NCBI GenBank assembly: GCA_965661165.1
Contig: CBFICL010000001.1
Span: 5,220 to 69,219 of the forward strand
Direction of reading: 5' to 3'
Source of the DNA: an uncultured Holosporaceae bacterium
GTDB taxonomy: Bacteria > Pseudomonadota > Alphaproteobacteria > Holosporales > Hepatobacteraceae
Length of the DNA stretch: 64,000 bases
This document shows, piece by piece, positions 27,403-37,464 of the stretch. The stretch's first letter is position 1; each line of letters opens with the position of its first letter. The notes below the pieces were generated by a model. The model saw nothing but the letters and a program-made list of their open reading frames with translations. It searched no databases and was not told the DNA's origin. Both the position numbers and the translations under genes were made by a program.

Positions 27403-29190
27403 ATGATGAAAAAAACGTCCTCTCTTGTGCGCAAAGGTGACGGGTGGGCCATTGTGCGTCGCTTTTGGAAACATTTTTTGTCTTCGCATGTGGGCAATTT
27501 GTTGGTCAGCCTTGCGTTTATGGGGGTGGTGTCTTTGTCCACGATGCTGTTGGCCCATTTGGTGCGTCCTATTTTCGACGACATTTTCCTGGCCCGCAAC
27601 CAAAAGCGCTTGTGGTCTTTGGGGATTTTGATCCTGATTCTTTTTTTGGTGAAAGGGGTCGCAGCCTTTGGCCACAGTTTTTCCCTGGCGCGATTGGGCC
27701 AAAAAGTGTCCGCGGCGTTTCAGCAGGCGCTTTTTCGGCGCTTGATCTATGCGGATCATCAGGTTTTTTCCCGCTATACGTCGGGGAAGCTGCTCTCCTT
27801 GTTTGCCTATGACACGCAGGTGGTGTTTCGGGGGATGACGCAAACCCTGACAAGCTTGGTGCGTGACTCACTCACCCTCATTTGCCTGGTGGGGTTGATG
27901 TTTTATCAAGATTGGTTTTTGTCATTGCTGGCGTGCGTGGTGTTTCCGCTAGCGACGTATTTGTCTTTATCTTTGGGGCGCCGGATGCGCTATTTTTCGC
28001 ATCAGTCTCAAAATGCGATGGCCAAGCTCCATGCCTTTTGGCAAGAAATTTTTCAAGGCATTGACATCATCAAAGCTTATACCATGGAAAAGGTGGAACT
28101 GACGAAAGCCCATGAAAAAATAGGGGCGTTTGTGCGCTTCAACCTGAAAAATGCGCGTATGAAAGGTTTTTTGCACCCTTTGATGGAAACCATTGTGGGG
28201 TTTGGTGTGGTGGCGGTGGTGCTTTATGGCGGCTATCACGTGGTGTCAGGGCAACGTTCGCCGGGGGAGCTGATGTCTTTTGTGACAGCGCTGTTGATGG
28301 CCTATGAACCCTTGAAAAAACTTAGCCATCTCAACAGCTATTTTCAAGAAAGCCTGGCGGCGCTCAGTCGGTTGTTTACGCTTTATGATCAACCCCAAAC
28401 CATTCAGGATGCACGAGACGCGAAACCGCTGCGCCCTGATAAGGGGGCGGTTCATTTTCGTGATATCACGTTTTCTTATGGACGCAGGCCCGTCTTTAAA
28501 AACTTTTCATGTCACATGAAAGGGGGTGGGCGCCTGGCCCTGGTAGGGGCGAGTGGGGCAGGCAAATCCACGTTGCTTCATTTAATGCTGCGTTTTTATG
28601 ATCCAGAGAAAGGATCTATCGAGATTGATGGCCAAAACATTCGAAACGTAACGCTGGCCTCGTTGCGCGAGAATATGGCGTTTGTGTCGCAACATGTCAC
28701 TCTTTTTGACGACACCATTGCTAACAACATTGCCTATGGATGCCCTGGTGCAGGGATTGACAAGATTCAAGAGGCAGCTCGCCATGCCTATGCTCATGAT
28801 TTTATTATGCAAATGCCTCAAGGTTATGAAACGCCTGTGGGTGAGCGAGGGGCGGCCCTTTCAGGGGGGCAGCGTCAGCGTATTGCCATTGCGCGCGCTT
28901 TGTTGAAAGATGCGCCTATTTTGTTGTTGGATGAGGCCACCTCAGCCCTGGATGCGCAGTCAGAGCTTTTTGTGCAAAAGGCGCTCGAGCGTTTGATGAC
29001 AGGGCGCACCACCTTGGTAATTGCCCATCGCATGAGCACCGTTGAAAAAGCAGACTACATCTATGTGCTGGATGAAGGCCGGCTTGTAGCACAGGGTGCC
29101 CACAAAGAGCTGGCGGCGCGGCCTGGCCCTTATCGCGACATGGTGCTTCCCACGCTTTCTTCCAAGCAACGGGAAGAGCGGGCGTCGTAA
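27403..29190 (+). CDS. msbA: lipid A export ABC transporter permease/ATPase MsbA
   Basis: 595 aa. A six-TM exporter domain is followed by Walker A GASGAGKST, LSGGQRQRIAIARAL and LLLDEATSALD. It lies immediately upstream of waaA-lpxK. Confidence 0.85.
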   Translation: MMKKTSSLVRKGDGWAIVRRFWKHFLSSHVGNLLVSLAFMGVVSLSTMLLAHLVRPIFDDIFLARNQKRLWSLGILILILFLVKGVAAFGHSFSLARLGQKVSAAFQQALFRRLIYADHQVFSRYTSGKLLSLFAYDTQVVFRGMTQTLTSLVRDSLTLICLVGLMFYQDWFLSLLACVVFPLATYLSLSLGRRMRYFSHQSQNAMAKLHAFWQEIFQGIDIIKAYTMEKVELTKAHEKIGAFVRFNLKNARMKGFLHPLMETIVGFGVVAVVLYGGYHVVSGQRSPGELMSFVTALLMAYEPLKKLSHLNSYFQESLAALSRLFTLYDQPQTIQDARDAKPLRPDKGAVHFRDITFSYGRRPVFKNFSCHMKGGGRLALVGASGAGKSTLLHLMLRFYDPEKGSIEIDGQNIRNVTLASLRENMAFVSQHVTLFDDTIANNIAYGCPGAGIDKIQEAARHAYAHDFIMQMPQGYETPVGERGAALSGGQRQRIAIARALLKDAPILLLDEATSALDAQSELFVQKALERLMTGRTTLVIAHRMSTVEKADYIYVLDEGRLVAQGAHKELAARPGPYRDMVLPTLSSKQREERAS

Positions 29191-29357
29191 CGTCTCTCTC
29201 TACCACCGGCGCCTAGCACCTTTTGCTGGCGTTCTTGCCTTGTGTGTCCTTGTCTTGTTATGTTGGTGTCATCTTTTTATGGTGAAAGTCATCTATCAGA
29301 TGAAGCGAAGGGGCATAGAACCTGTGATCAGAGGTTATTTTTTGTTTCTAGGTAAGG

Positions 29358-30671
29358 GTGAGAGCGGTTTTTGTGAACATCAGTGATGGGGTGCTGTGTG
29401 TATATTGCGGGCTGTGCTTTTTGGCGTGGCCCGTCTATCCGCTTATTTTATGGTGGCGGTTGTATCGCGGCGCAGAAGACAAAACCTTGTGGCGTCAGAA
29501 AATGGGGCTGTGTTTGCCGGCCCGTCCAACGGGTGGTGTGATTTGGATGCATGGTGTGTCGGTGGGGGAATCCATGGCTCTTGAGGGGGTGATGCGCGCG
29601 TTACTGGCTTCTGATGAGGATACGATTGTGCTCACCACCTCAACGGCATCATCGGCGCGGCTGTGGCGCAAAAAGATTGCAGCGTGTGATACATTGCGCG
29701 GGCGTGTGATTCACACCATGTGTCCACTGGATCATCCCTTATTTTGGCGCCGCTTTCTCAACCACTGGCGCCCGCGATGCTTTTTGTTGAGTGAACATGA
29801 TTTTTGGCCGCATTTGTTTGGGGCGCTTCACAAGCGAAACATTTTTTGTGCTATCTTGGGTGCGCGTATGTCCCCTAAAAGTGCGCGTTTTTGGCTTTTT
29901 GTGAAACCCCTTTTTACATCGATGTGGCGGGATATGGTGTGTTGTGTGCCTTCAGACACGCAAGCCGCTCTTTTTAAGGCGTTGGGCGTGCGCCATGTTC
30001 ATGTGCTGGGCTCGCTAAAATGGACCAAACTCGACCCTGCCTTGGTGCAGGTACACAACGCTCAACCCACCGCATCGCGCAAAAAACGTTTTGTGATCAG
30101 CGCTGTATCCACCCATGCGGGGGAGGAAAAAGCGTGGCTAGATCTTTATCCCGTCCTTAAAAAACGCAATCCTCATCTCGTGCTTATCCTGGCGCCGCGC
30201 CACACAAAGCGGGTGTCTGAGGTGTGTGATGATGTGATCACAAGGGGGTTTAAGGTTGAGATGTGGCAGCCATCTCTCGCCCTCGATGATGTTGAGGGCG
30301 TTGTGGTCATTGATCGGATGGGCCTGTTGCGCAACGTGTATGCACATAGTCATATGGTGTTTGTGGGGGGCTCGCTGTTTCCAGGTGTGGGAGGACACGA
30401 TCTGATTGATCCGGCGGCCTATGGGTGCTGTGTGCTGTGTGGGCCGTTTATGGAGGCGCAGGCTGACGTGTTCGCGCGCTTTCAACAGAAAAAAGCTGTG
30501 ATTTTGGTGGAGGCCTCCACCATGGGTGCGCAGGTGTCTGGTTATCTGGATGAACAAAAAACTTGTGAGCTTATGGGCAAACGTGCCCAGGCGTTGGTGC
30601 AAGAACGCTATCACAGCGTGCTTGAGGGATATATGACATTACTCGCACAAAAAGGGGTCGTGCATGCCTAG
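29358..30671 (+). CDS. waaA: 3-deoxy-D-manno-octulosonic acid (Kdo) transferase
   Basis: 437 aa. An N-terminal anchor and VIWMHGVSVGES (compare the WaaA/KdtA HxVSVGE motif) are followed by a glycosyltransferase C-terminal half. The start codon (GTG 29358) is uncertain. Confidence 0.85.
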   Translation: MRAVFVNISDGVLCVYCGLCFLAWPVYPLILWWRLYRGAEDKTLWRQKMGLCLPARPTGGVIWMHGVSVGESMALEGVMRALLASDEDTIVLTTSTASSARLWRKKIAACDTLRGRVIHTMCPLDHPLFWRRFLNHWRPRCFLLSEHDFWPHLFGALHKRNIFCAILGARMSPKSARFWLFVKPLFTSMWRDMVCCVPSDTQAALFKALGVRHVHVLGSLKWTKLDPALVQVHNAQPTASRKKRFVISAVSTHAGEEKAWLDLYPVLKKRNPHLVLILAPRHTKRVSEVCDDVITRGFKVEMWQPSLALDDVEGVVVIDRMGLLRNVYAHSHMVFVGGSLFPGVGGHDLIDPAAYGCCVLCGPFMEAQADVFARFQQKKAVILVEASTMGAQVSGYLDEQKTCELMGKRAQALVQERYHSVLEGYMTLLAQKGVVHA

Positions 30672-31626
30672 AGCGCCGTCTTTTTGGTATCAAAAACATC
30701 CAGGGCTATGGTGCTATAACCTCTGGCCACTGACATGGGTATATCGTTTTTTTGCGTGGCTGCGCCGATGTGTGCGACGCCCCCAAAAAGCGCCGTTCCC
30801 TGTCATTTCTGTGGGCAATCTTGTGATGGGTGGCGCCGGGAAAACGCCTGTGGTTAAAGCGTTGGGTGAGATGCTGAAAAACATCGGTTATCACCCGGTG
30901 GTGATCTCAAAAGGCTATGGTGCGAGGCAGCGTAAGCCTATATGGGTGGATACATCCCTTCACACCTATGAGGATGTGGGGGACGAGGCGCTGCTCTTAT
31001 CCCATTATATGCCTACGCTGGTGTGTCGGCGGCGCAAGAAAACGTTAGATGTGGTTCCGTTTCAACGCAACGTGGTGCTTGTGTTGGATGATGGACATCA
31101 GCAGCGCGATATCAAAACAGACATCAACGTGCTTGTCTATGACCATAAACAGGGAGTGGGGAATGGGTATGTGTTTCCTCAAGGCCCTTTACGTGAAACG
31201 GTCAAACGGGGTATGTCCAGGGCGCACGCTGTGGTGCATGTGGGGGGTAAACGGGCAGCACATGGCGGGGTGCCTGTGTTTTATGCCGATTTTTTGCCTT
31301 GCCGTCCCTTGCCAGCTAAAACCAAGGTGTGGGGTGTGTGCGGCCTTGGCTATCCTGAAAAATTTTTGCACACCCTGAAAAAAATGGATGTAACCGTGGT
31401 GGGGTTTTCCGCCTTTCCCGATCACCATCCCTACACGTTCTCAGGTCTTCATCCCATCGCGCAGCAGGCCGCACAGAAGGAGGCTAAGCTTGTGACCACA
31501 GAGAAAGATTGGATGCGCTGGCCCGAAAATGCCACCTTGCCTTTGGTGGTGCACATTGATGTGCGTTGGCACCACGAAGCGAAGGTACGTGCGTTTCTTA
31601 AAGAACGGCTTCAGAAGGCGTTTTGA
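30664..31626 (+). CDS. lpxK: tetraacyldisaccharide 4'-kinase
   Basis: 320 aa. PSFWY, the P-loop VISVGNLVMGGAGKTPVV and an 8-nt overlap with waaA support the call. Confidence 0.9.
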   Translation: MPRAPSFWYQKHPGLWCYNLWPLTWVYRFFAWLRRCVRRPQKAPFPVISVGNLVMGGAGKTPVVKALGEMLKNIGYHPVVISKGYGARQRKPIWVDTSLHTYEDVGDEALLLSHYMPTLVCRRRKKTLDVVPFQRNVVLVLDDGHQQRDIKTDINVLVYDHKQGVGNGYVFPQGPLRETVKRGMSRAHAVVHVGGKRAAHGGVPVFYADFLPCRPLPAKTKVWGVCGLGYPEKFLHTLKKMDVTVVGFSAFPDHHPYTFSGLHPIAQQAAQKEAKLVTTEKDWMRWPENATLPLVVHIDVRWHHEAKVRAFLKERLQKAF

Positions 31627-31651
31627 GCCTTGCGTTAGTTTCGCGCCAAAA

Positions 31652-32218
31652 TTACGCGTGGCCACCCATGGAGGCAAAACATGGGGGCTGAATGCCGAGG
31701 CGCTGAATGGCGTGATCCCATTTTTCTCGTGCGGGCACAGAAAATACAAATTCTGGCGTGGCCTCCAGCAGCAACCACTGATTGCTCTGAATCTCATCTT
31801 CCAGCTGCCCAGGCTCCCACGAGGTGTACCCTAAGGTCAGCAGAACGTGGGGCGCATTGATGTTGTTGTGGGGGTGAAAGTCAATGGTGGGCGTGACATG
31901 GAAGGTTTGTCCGGAGGTTGCGGCATTGCTCTCTTGGGCAGTCCTGTCTTGTTTTTGCATATGCAAAACAAAGCTGCGCTCACTTTCTTCAGACCCGCCT
32001 TCATATACCGGGAGCATGGTGGATTCATCATCTGTATCTTCTTCAAAAAAGGCGCTTAAGGTAATGCTGTCTAGGAGCCTGTTTAACACCAATCCCATCG
32101 CGCCTTCTTTGTCGTGAGCAAACATAAAGATCACGGTCTTAGGAAAGAGTGTATTTTCAAGATGGGGTGGAGAAATCAACAGATAATTTACGAGAGATTC
32201 GGCTCTTTGTGTTTTCAT
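31652..32218 (-). CDS. YqgE/AlgH family protein (UPF0301)
   Basis: 188 aa. LLISPPHLENTLFPKTVIFMFAHDKEGAMGLVLNR and GYTSWEPGQLEDEI are signature blocks of the family. Confidence 0.85.
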   Translation of the reverse strand: MKTQRAESLVNYLLISPPHLENTLFPKTVIFMFAHDKEGAMGLVLNRLLDSITLSAFFEEDTDDESTMLPVYEGGSEESERSFVLHMQKQDRTAQESNAATSGQTFHVTPTIDFHPHNNINAPHVLLTLGYTSWEPGQLEDEIQSNQWLLLEATPEFVFSVPAREKWDHAIQRLGIQPPCFASMGGHA

Positions 32219-32295
32219 GAAGAAGAGATTTCATTTCATTTTTTTATCATTGTCACGCATGATACACTAACAAAGTCTTTCTGGGGAAAAAGACG

Positions 32296-34002
32296 ATGCA
32301 TTGTTTTTTACGCCTTTTTTGGGTTTTTTTCGTTTGTGCACCTCTATGCATGAGTGTGCTCAAGGCTTCGCCTGTGGTGAGCATCAAGCCTTTGTCATGC
32401 CGTTTTTCTCCTGATCATATGCAGGCTTTGATTACGTTGGGGGTGACGATTGAAAAAGATTGGTCTGTCCACGCCCAAGGTGCGTCCTTTTCTGCCGCCC
32501 CAACATTGGTTTTGCAGAGTATACCTTCTGTACGTACTTATGAGGCTTTTTGGCCGGACCCTGTGTGGGTGTTTAAGGAGGGGTTTCATACACCGACGTA
32601 CCAACAGCGCTTTGTGCTGCCGGTTAAGATTGATTTTGCCAAACCCACACAAACGGCGCATCTTCAGGCTCAATTTCTCTTGTTTGCGTGCCATCATCAT
32701 GAGTGTCGCGCCTTGGATGTGTCGGTTTCTTATAAAATTGAGGCGCCGAATCATATTCAGCCTTTTTCTTTTCCCGAGCCCAAGAAAGCCGGCCCCTCTT
32801 TTTTGTGGGTGTTGTTCATTTCTTTCTTAGGGGGATGTTTGCTCAATTTTATGCCCTGTGTGCTGCCTGTCTTGGGTGTGAAACTGCTGGTTTTCACGAA
32901 AAATCGCTGCCCCAAGGGCTTTTTGCTGGTAGGGGATTTGTGGGCCAGTGTGGCGGGCATTTTCGTGGCATTCATGCTATTGGCGCTGGTGGCGATTTGC
33001 TTAAAACTCCTGGGCCATACGGTGGGGTGGGGGCTTCATTTCCAAAATCCTTATTTTTTAAGCTGTATGGCGGCCATGCTTCTTGTGTTTATCGCGCAGC
33101 TTTGGAATATGTTTGAGCTGAATGTGGGTGGGTTTTTTCAAAAACACACGTTGCCATCCATGCACACGGCGCGGGCTTTTCTCACGGGTGTTTTTTCTGT
33201 GTTGATTGCCACGCCTTGCACAGCGCCTTTTGTGGGCACAGCGGTGGGGTTTGCTTTGTCTCAACATGTAGGTGAGATTATCGCGGTGTTTTCGTTACTG
33301 GCGCTTGGGTTTTCATCGCCTTATTGGGTGGCGGCTTTGGTACCGTCCCATCATATTCGTCTTCCCAAACCGGGTCGGTGGTTATGGACGTTTCAGATCG
33401 TGCTTAGTCTTTTTTTACTGGGCACGTGGGGGTGGTTTATTGCCTTGCTGAGTTGGCCTTTTCAGGGGATGTATGTATGGCTGTTGTGTGCCCTTTCCTT
33501 GCTTGTGCTGGTGGGGTTTTTCTTAAGGGCGAGGGGGGTGCGTCTCGCTTCCGCATTTCTGGTGATGCATCTGATTCTTTTATGCTTGGCGCCTTTGGCG
33601 AAACCCTATTTTGCCCGTGCGTCTTCTGTTGTGGCCTCCTCTTCTGGCTTGCGCTGGCAGACGTTTCGTCCAGAAGACATCGCCAAGGTGGTGAGCCAAG
33701 GTCGTGTGGTGCTGGTGGACATCACGGCCGCGTGGTGTTTAACCTGTCAGGTGAACAAGAGCATGGTGCTGGATCATAAGGATATGGCGCGCTTTTTGAC
33801 CGATGCCTCGGTGGTGTGCATGCGCGGGGATTGGACCCACACCAATGACACCATTGCGTTTTTTCTCAAGACATTTCAAAGAGCTGGCATTCCCTTTAAC
33901 GCCGTGTTTGGGCCTGGCGCGCCTGAAGGGATTGTGCTGCCCGAGATTTTGAAACAAGATGTGGTGAAAGAAGCCGTCAAGCGTGCGCAGGGACCAAGAT
34001 AA
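32296..34002 (+). CDS. dsbD: DsbD/ScsB-like thiol:disulfide interchange protein (N-terminal periplasmic domain, multi-TM core, C-terminal thioredoxin fold)
   Basis: 568 aa. It has a signal peptide and a TM core with the conserved NFMPCVLPVL and IATPCTAPFVG half-motifs. The C-terminal part is thioredoxin-like (VLVDITAAWCLTCQVNK). Confidence 0.8.
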   Translation: MHCFLRLFWVFFVCAPLCMSVLKASPVVSIKPLSCRFSPDHMQALITLGVTIEKDWSVHAQGASFSAAPTLVLQSIPSVRTYEAFWPDPVWVFKEGFHTPTYQQRFVLPVKIDFAKPTQTAHLQAQFLLFACHHHECRALDVSVSYKIEAPNHIQPFSFPEPKKAGPSFLWVLFISFLGGCLLNFMPCVLPVLGVKLLVFTKNRCPKGFLLVGDLWASVAGIFVAFMLLALVAICLKLLGHTVGWGLHFQNPYFLSCMAAMLLVFIAQLWNMFELNVGGFFQKHTLPSMHTARAFLTGVFSVLIATPCTAPFVGTAVGFALSQHVGEIIAVFSLLALGFSSPYWVAALVPSHHIRLPKPGRWLWTFQIVLSLFLLGTWGWFIALLSWPFQGMYVWLLCALSLLVLVGFFLRARGVRLASAFLVMHLILLCLAPLAKPYFARASSVVASSSGLRWQTFRPEDIAKVVSQGRVVLVDITAAWCLTCQVNKSMVLDHKDMARFLTDASVVCMRGDWTHTNDTIAFFLKTFQRAGIPFNAVFGPGAPEGIVLPEILKQDVVKEAVKRAQGPR

Positions 34003-34041
34003 CCCGCGCTGTAGAGACGAGGATGGTCAGAACAAGGTGAT

Positions 34042-34473
34042 GTGATGCGCACAAAAAAGAAAGGTGTTTTTTTGCCGCCGCTTTTTGATCGGCTGACGCT
34101 GGATGCCCCCGATCGCTTGGATGAAGAAGGTGTGAAGGCATCGGTGGCCAAAGAGCTTTTCACTCTGCTCAACACGCGCTCTGTGGTGAGGCAGGACATA
34201 GACCCCAAGGAAGGTGAGGTTTTGTCACGCTATCCGCCCTTTTTTGGCTTTCCTGACTTTTCTCGTGCGCTATTTGAGAATAAGGAAGACGTGAAAAAAA
34301 AGATTGTTCAGGTGGTGCGCCTTTATGAAAAGCGGCTGCGCGAACCTGAGGTTGAGTCTATTGACTATCATCAAGAAAAGCGCACCTATTCCGTGTGCTT
34401 GAAGGGGTTTCTTATGTTGGGAGACCGCCGGGTTCCTGTGACGTTTCCAATCGATGTGATAAATCCTGGCTAG
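34042..34473 (+). CDS. tssE: type VI secretion baseplate subunit TssE (GPW/gp25 family)
   Basis: 143 aa. LPPLFDRLTLD, SVAKELFTLLNTRS, FFGFPDFS and IVQVVRLYEKRLREPEV reproduce the TssE/gp25 block pattern (LFxRL ... LLNTR ... G.PD ... I..I..xExRL). Confidence 0.8.
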   Translation: MMRTKKKGVFLPPLFDRLTLDAPDRLDEEGVKASVAKELFTLLNTRSVVRQDIDPKEGEVLSRYPPFFGFPDFSRALFENKEDVKKKIVQVVRLYEKRLREPEVESIDYHQEKRTYSVCLKGFLMLGDRRVPVTFPIDVINPG

Positions 34474-34556
34474 GGCCTCCTTGTGGGGTGCCCCCCCTTG
34501 GATGAGTTCCTTGGACTCTGGAGTGACCTTCTGTTGTGGGTCCTTAAGTTCGATGG

Positions 34557-35138
34557 TTAAGACGCGTCTTCTTCCGTGAGGGTGGGCGTGTAGGACATAA
34601 AATGCACATGCGTTCTGCCTTTGGTGGTTGTGTGTTCAAGGGTGACAAAGGGCGGCAGGGGCAACGTCTCTCTTTTATCTGTTTCCGCAATGAGGATGGC
34701 CTTCGGGGCGAGCCAGTGGCCGTGATGAAGATTATCCAAAGCCGGAGGAATCAAGGCCTTACCATAAGGGGCATCAAGAAAACACAGGTGATAGGGCGGC
34801 ACTGTGCAGGGTGGCAGGTGGGGCACCGCACAGGCCAACAGTGAGGTGCAGGTTGTGAGGTTGTGCGTTTTGAGAAAGGTATCCAGCTTGTGGCGTGTGG
34901 TGGCTTGAGGTTCCACAAAGGTGACAAATGTCGCACCGCGAGACAGGGCTTCAAGACCTAAAGATCCTGTGCCGGCAAAAACATCCAACACGCGGCATGA
35001 GGCAAGATCAAGAGCAGAGTTTGCGTGCATGAGGCGATTGAAGATCATTTCTCTGCGATAAGAGCTAGTGGGCCTGACCCAGGGGTCATGGGGCGCGAGT
35101 TTTCGTCCCTTAAGGCGTCCTTGCAAAATACGCATCAT
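34557..35138 (-). CDS. rsmD: 16S rRNA (guanine966-N2)-methyltransferase RsmD
   Basis: 193 aa. MRILQGRLKGRKL, RPTSSYRREMIFN, LDVFAGTGSLGLEALSRGA and FLDAPY support the call. Confidence 0.88.
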   Translation of the reverse strand: MMRILQGRLKGRKLAPHDPWVRPTSSYRREMIFNRLMHANSALDLASCRVLDVFAGTGSLGLEALSRGATFVTFVEPQATTRHKLDTFLKTHNLTTCTSLLACAVPHLPPCTVPPYHLCFLDAPYGKALIPPALDNLHHGHWLAPKAILIAETDKRETLPLPPFVTLEHTTTKGRTHVHFMSYTPTLTEEDAS

Positions 35139-35334
35139 GATTAAGCGGCTTCCCTATGCTATAACAGTCTTGAGGTAGGGTGCCTGAAAGGCCGTGATAG
35201 CTCAAGCCACCCATAAAGCGAGCCCTAGAAAAAACAAACGCATACCCTGCGCAAAGGTGCAAGAATGGTGCGGTGCGGGCTTGTTTGCGTAAGTCTTTTA
35301 TTGAAAAGTGTCATGAACAGGTTAAAATGGGGAT

Positions 35335-36360
35335 ATGAACGAACTTGATGCGCGCGCCCTTAATGTCCTTGATCACCTGGTAGACATCTATCTGGAGACA
35401 CGTGCCCCCGTGGGCTCTTTGGCTTTGGCTAAACGTCTTACCCCCGCGCTTTCGCCGGCCACGGTGCGGTATATTGTGGCAGAGCTGGAAGAGCTCGCTT
35501 TGGTGACGTCGCTTCACACATCATCTGGGCGGATCCCCACAGAAAAAGGATTGCGCTGTGTGATGAAACGCTTCTTGGCCATGAATCCCCTTTCGGATGT
35601 GGATAAAAAGACTCTTGAACATAAGGTAGACAGCGAGCTTACGGTATCTCGAGAAATGTTTGAGGGGCTGACGGCCATGCTTTCCTCTCTCTCCATGTGT
35701 GCTGGGGTTGTGAAAGCACCCCTTCTTGAGTCTTGCCTCGAGCATGTGGGGTTTGTTTGCCTTGAAGCTAAGCAAGTGTTGGCGATGTTGGTGATGCTGG
35801 ATGGCACGATTACAAAACATGTGATTCCAACCTGTGGCGATATAGAGGATCATCACCTGCAAGAAGCGGCCAACTATCTCAATGCCCATATCCGGGGGAA
35901 AACCCTTCATCAAGCGCGCGATTTTGTGGCAGATGTCTGTGACGAACCCCTGTGGGATATGGATCGTTTGTCTCACCATCTTGTCAAAGCCAGCGTGACG
36001 CTTTTTAAGGATCATGAAGATGAAGCCTTGATTGTGAAGGGGCAAGATTTTCTTTTAAAAACGTGGGTGGAGGCCAATGACTTGCACACGCTCAAAGTGT
36101 TTCTTGATACGCAAGATGTGAAAAAAGATTTGCTGACCGTGTTGGATCTTACCATTCAAGATCAGGTGGTTCAGATTTTTGTGGGATCTCAATCTCTCTT
36201 AAAATCAAGTCATTGCGCCGTGGTGGTGGCCCCTTATCATGACCGATTCGGTGATGTGGTAGGGGCTGTGGGTGTGTTGGGCCCAACATATATGGATTAT
36301 CGTCGTATTGTGCCCATGGTGGACTATACGGCCTCTCTTTTGGGCCGTGTGATGATATAG
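35335..36360 (+). CDS. hrcA: heat-inducible transcription repressor HrcA
   Basis: 341 aa. It has an N-terminal winged-helix region (LDHLVDIYLETRAPVGS). hrcA-grpE synteny and the family-typical length support the call. Confidence 0.88.
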   Translation: MNELDARALNVLDHLVDIYLETRAPVGSLALAKRLTPALSPATVRYIVAELEELALVTSLHTSSGRIPTEKGLRCVMKRFLAMNPLSDVDKKTLEHKVDSELTVSREMFEGLTAMLSSLSMCAGVVKAPLLESCLEHVGFVCLEAKQVLAMLVMLDGTITKHVIPTCGDIEDHHLQEAANYLNAHIRGKTLHQARDFVADVCDEPLWDMDRLSHHLVKASVTLFKDHEDEALIVKGQDFLLKTWVEANDLHTLKVFLDTQDVKKDLLTVLDLTIQDQVVQIFVGSQSLLKSSHCAVVVAPYHDRFGDVVGAVGVLGPTYMDYRRIVPMVDYTASLLGRVMI

Positions 36361-36375
36361 GATAAAGGAACGATT

Positions 36376-36978
36376 ATGGATCAACAAAACAAAGAACATC
36401 AAGACATGGGCGCACACCTTGACGATCAAGAGACTCACGCAGCTGCCCAACAAGGCGCCAAAGATGAGACCGCCGTTTCTGGTGAGGCAGGTGCTGAGGC
36501 TGATGAAAAAAGCGTGGTGGCTGAGCTTGAACAAAAAAATCAAGCACTTCAGGACAAATACGTGCGGGTGTTGGCCGATATGGAAAACATGCGCAAACGC
36601 CATGAGCAAGAATGTCACAACATACGCAAGCACGGCACCACTGCGCTTCTTAAAAATATTCTCAGCGTTATGGACAACGTGACCCGCGCATTAACCACAC
36701 CTGTGGGTGAGGCGCCCGATCCCATGGTCAAGGGCTTATTTCAGGGGCTAACCATGATTCAGGCAGAACTGACGGCATTTTTAAAAAAACAAGGCGTCAC
36801 CAAAATCGAGGCCCTCGGTGCCCCGTTTGACACAGCGTTTCATCAGGCGATTCGGGAAGATATATCTGAAAAAGATCCAGGCACGGTTGTGGATGTGATG
36901 CAAGAAGGTTATCTTTTGGGAGATCGGCTGTTGCGTCCTGCCGCCGTGGTGATTGCAAAAAAAGAAGATCATGCTTAA
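36376..36978 (+). CDS. grpE: nucleotide exchange factor GrpE
   Basis: 200 aa. An acidic N-terminus, a coiled-coil with LRVLADMENMRKR and a C-terminal beta domain (FDTAFHQAI...V.QEGY.LGDRLLRPA.V) are present. Confidence 0.92.
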   Translation: MDQQNKEHQDMGAHLDDQETHAAAQQGAKDETAVSGEAGAEADEKSVVAELEQKNQALQDKYVRVLADMENMRKRHEQECHNIRKHGTTALLKNILSVMDNVTRALTTPVGEAPDPMVKGLFQGLTMIQAELTAFLKKQGVTKIEALGAPFDTAFHQAIREDISEKDPGTVVDVMQEGYLLGDRLLRPAAVVIAKKEDHA

Positions 36979-37026
36979 CCCTGGTGCGCTGGGCGGGATG
37001 TTTTGTTAAGAAGGAAAGGATTCTTT

Positions 37027-37461
37027 ATGTCTGATAGCGTGAAAAGCCTGACATCTGTTTTGTCGGATACCTATGTTTTGTATACCAAGGTGCAAAACTA
37101 TCATTGGAATGTGAAGGGCTCGTCTTTTTTTGTGTGGCATGCCTTTTTTGAAACGCTCTATCAAGAGCTGGCCAAAACCATTGATGTGTTGGCAGAGCGG
37201 ATCCGCCAGCTCGGCGCACCTGTGCCCGGCACCATGGCGACATTTTTGGCGCACACGCAATTGAAAGAGGTAGAAAACCAACCCTCTGCCACCATGATGC
37301 GTGACGTTCAGCATGACTATCGCTATCTGTGCGGGGCGCTCAAAAAAGCCATTCAGACGGCAGAAGAGCATCACGATCCTGTGACGGTGGACCTGTTGAC
37401 GGGGTATTTGTCCTCGTGTGAAAAAGCGCTCTGGATGATGGACAGCAGCTTGGTGTCTTAG
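37027..37461 (+). CDS. dps: Dps family DNA starvation/stationary-phase protection protein
   Basis: ORF 37003..37461. The ATG at 37027 lies behind AAGGAAAGGA. LSDTYVLYTKVQNYHWNVKG..F..H..FE..Y and the ferritin-like four-helix pattern support the call. Confidence 0.88.
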   Translation: MSDSVKSLTSVLSDTYVLYTKVQNYHWNVKGSSFFVWHAFFETLYQELAKTIDVLAERIRQLGAPVPGTMATFLAHTQLKEVENQPSATMMRDVQHDYRYLCGALKKAIQTAEEHHDPVTVDLLTGYLSSCEKALWMMDSSLVS

Positions 37462-37464
37462 GGC

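Noticed and set aside
35139-35334. I looked for a CIRCE operator (TTAGCACTC-N9-GAGTGCTAA) or a clear RpoH-type promoter upstream of hrcA-grpE.
   Set aside because: No CIRCE-like inverted repeat is present. CTTG-containing stretches do not pair with a convincing CCCCAT-like -10 element.
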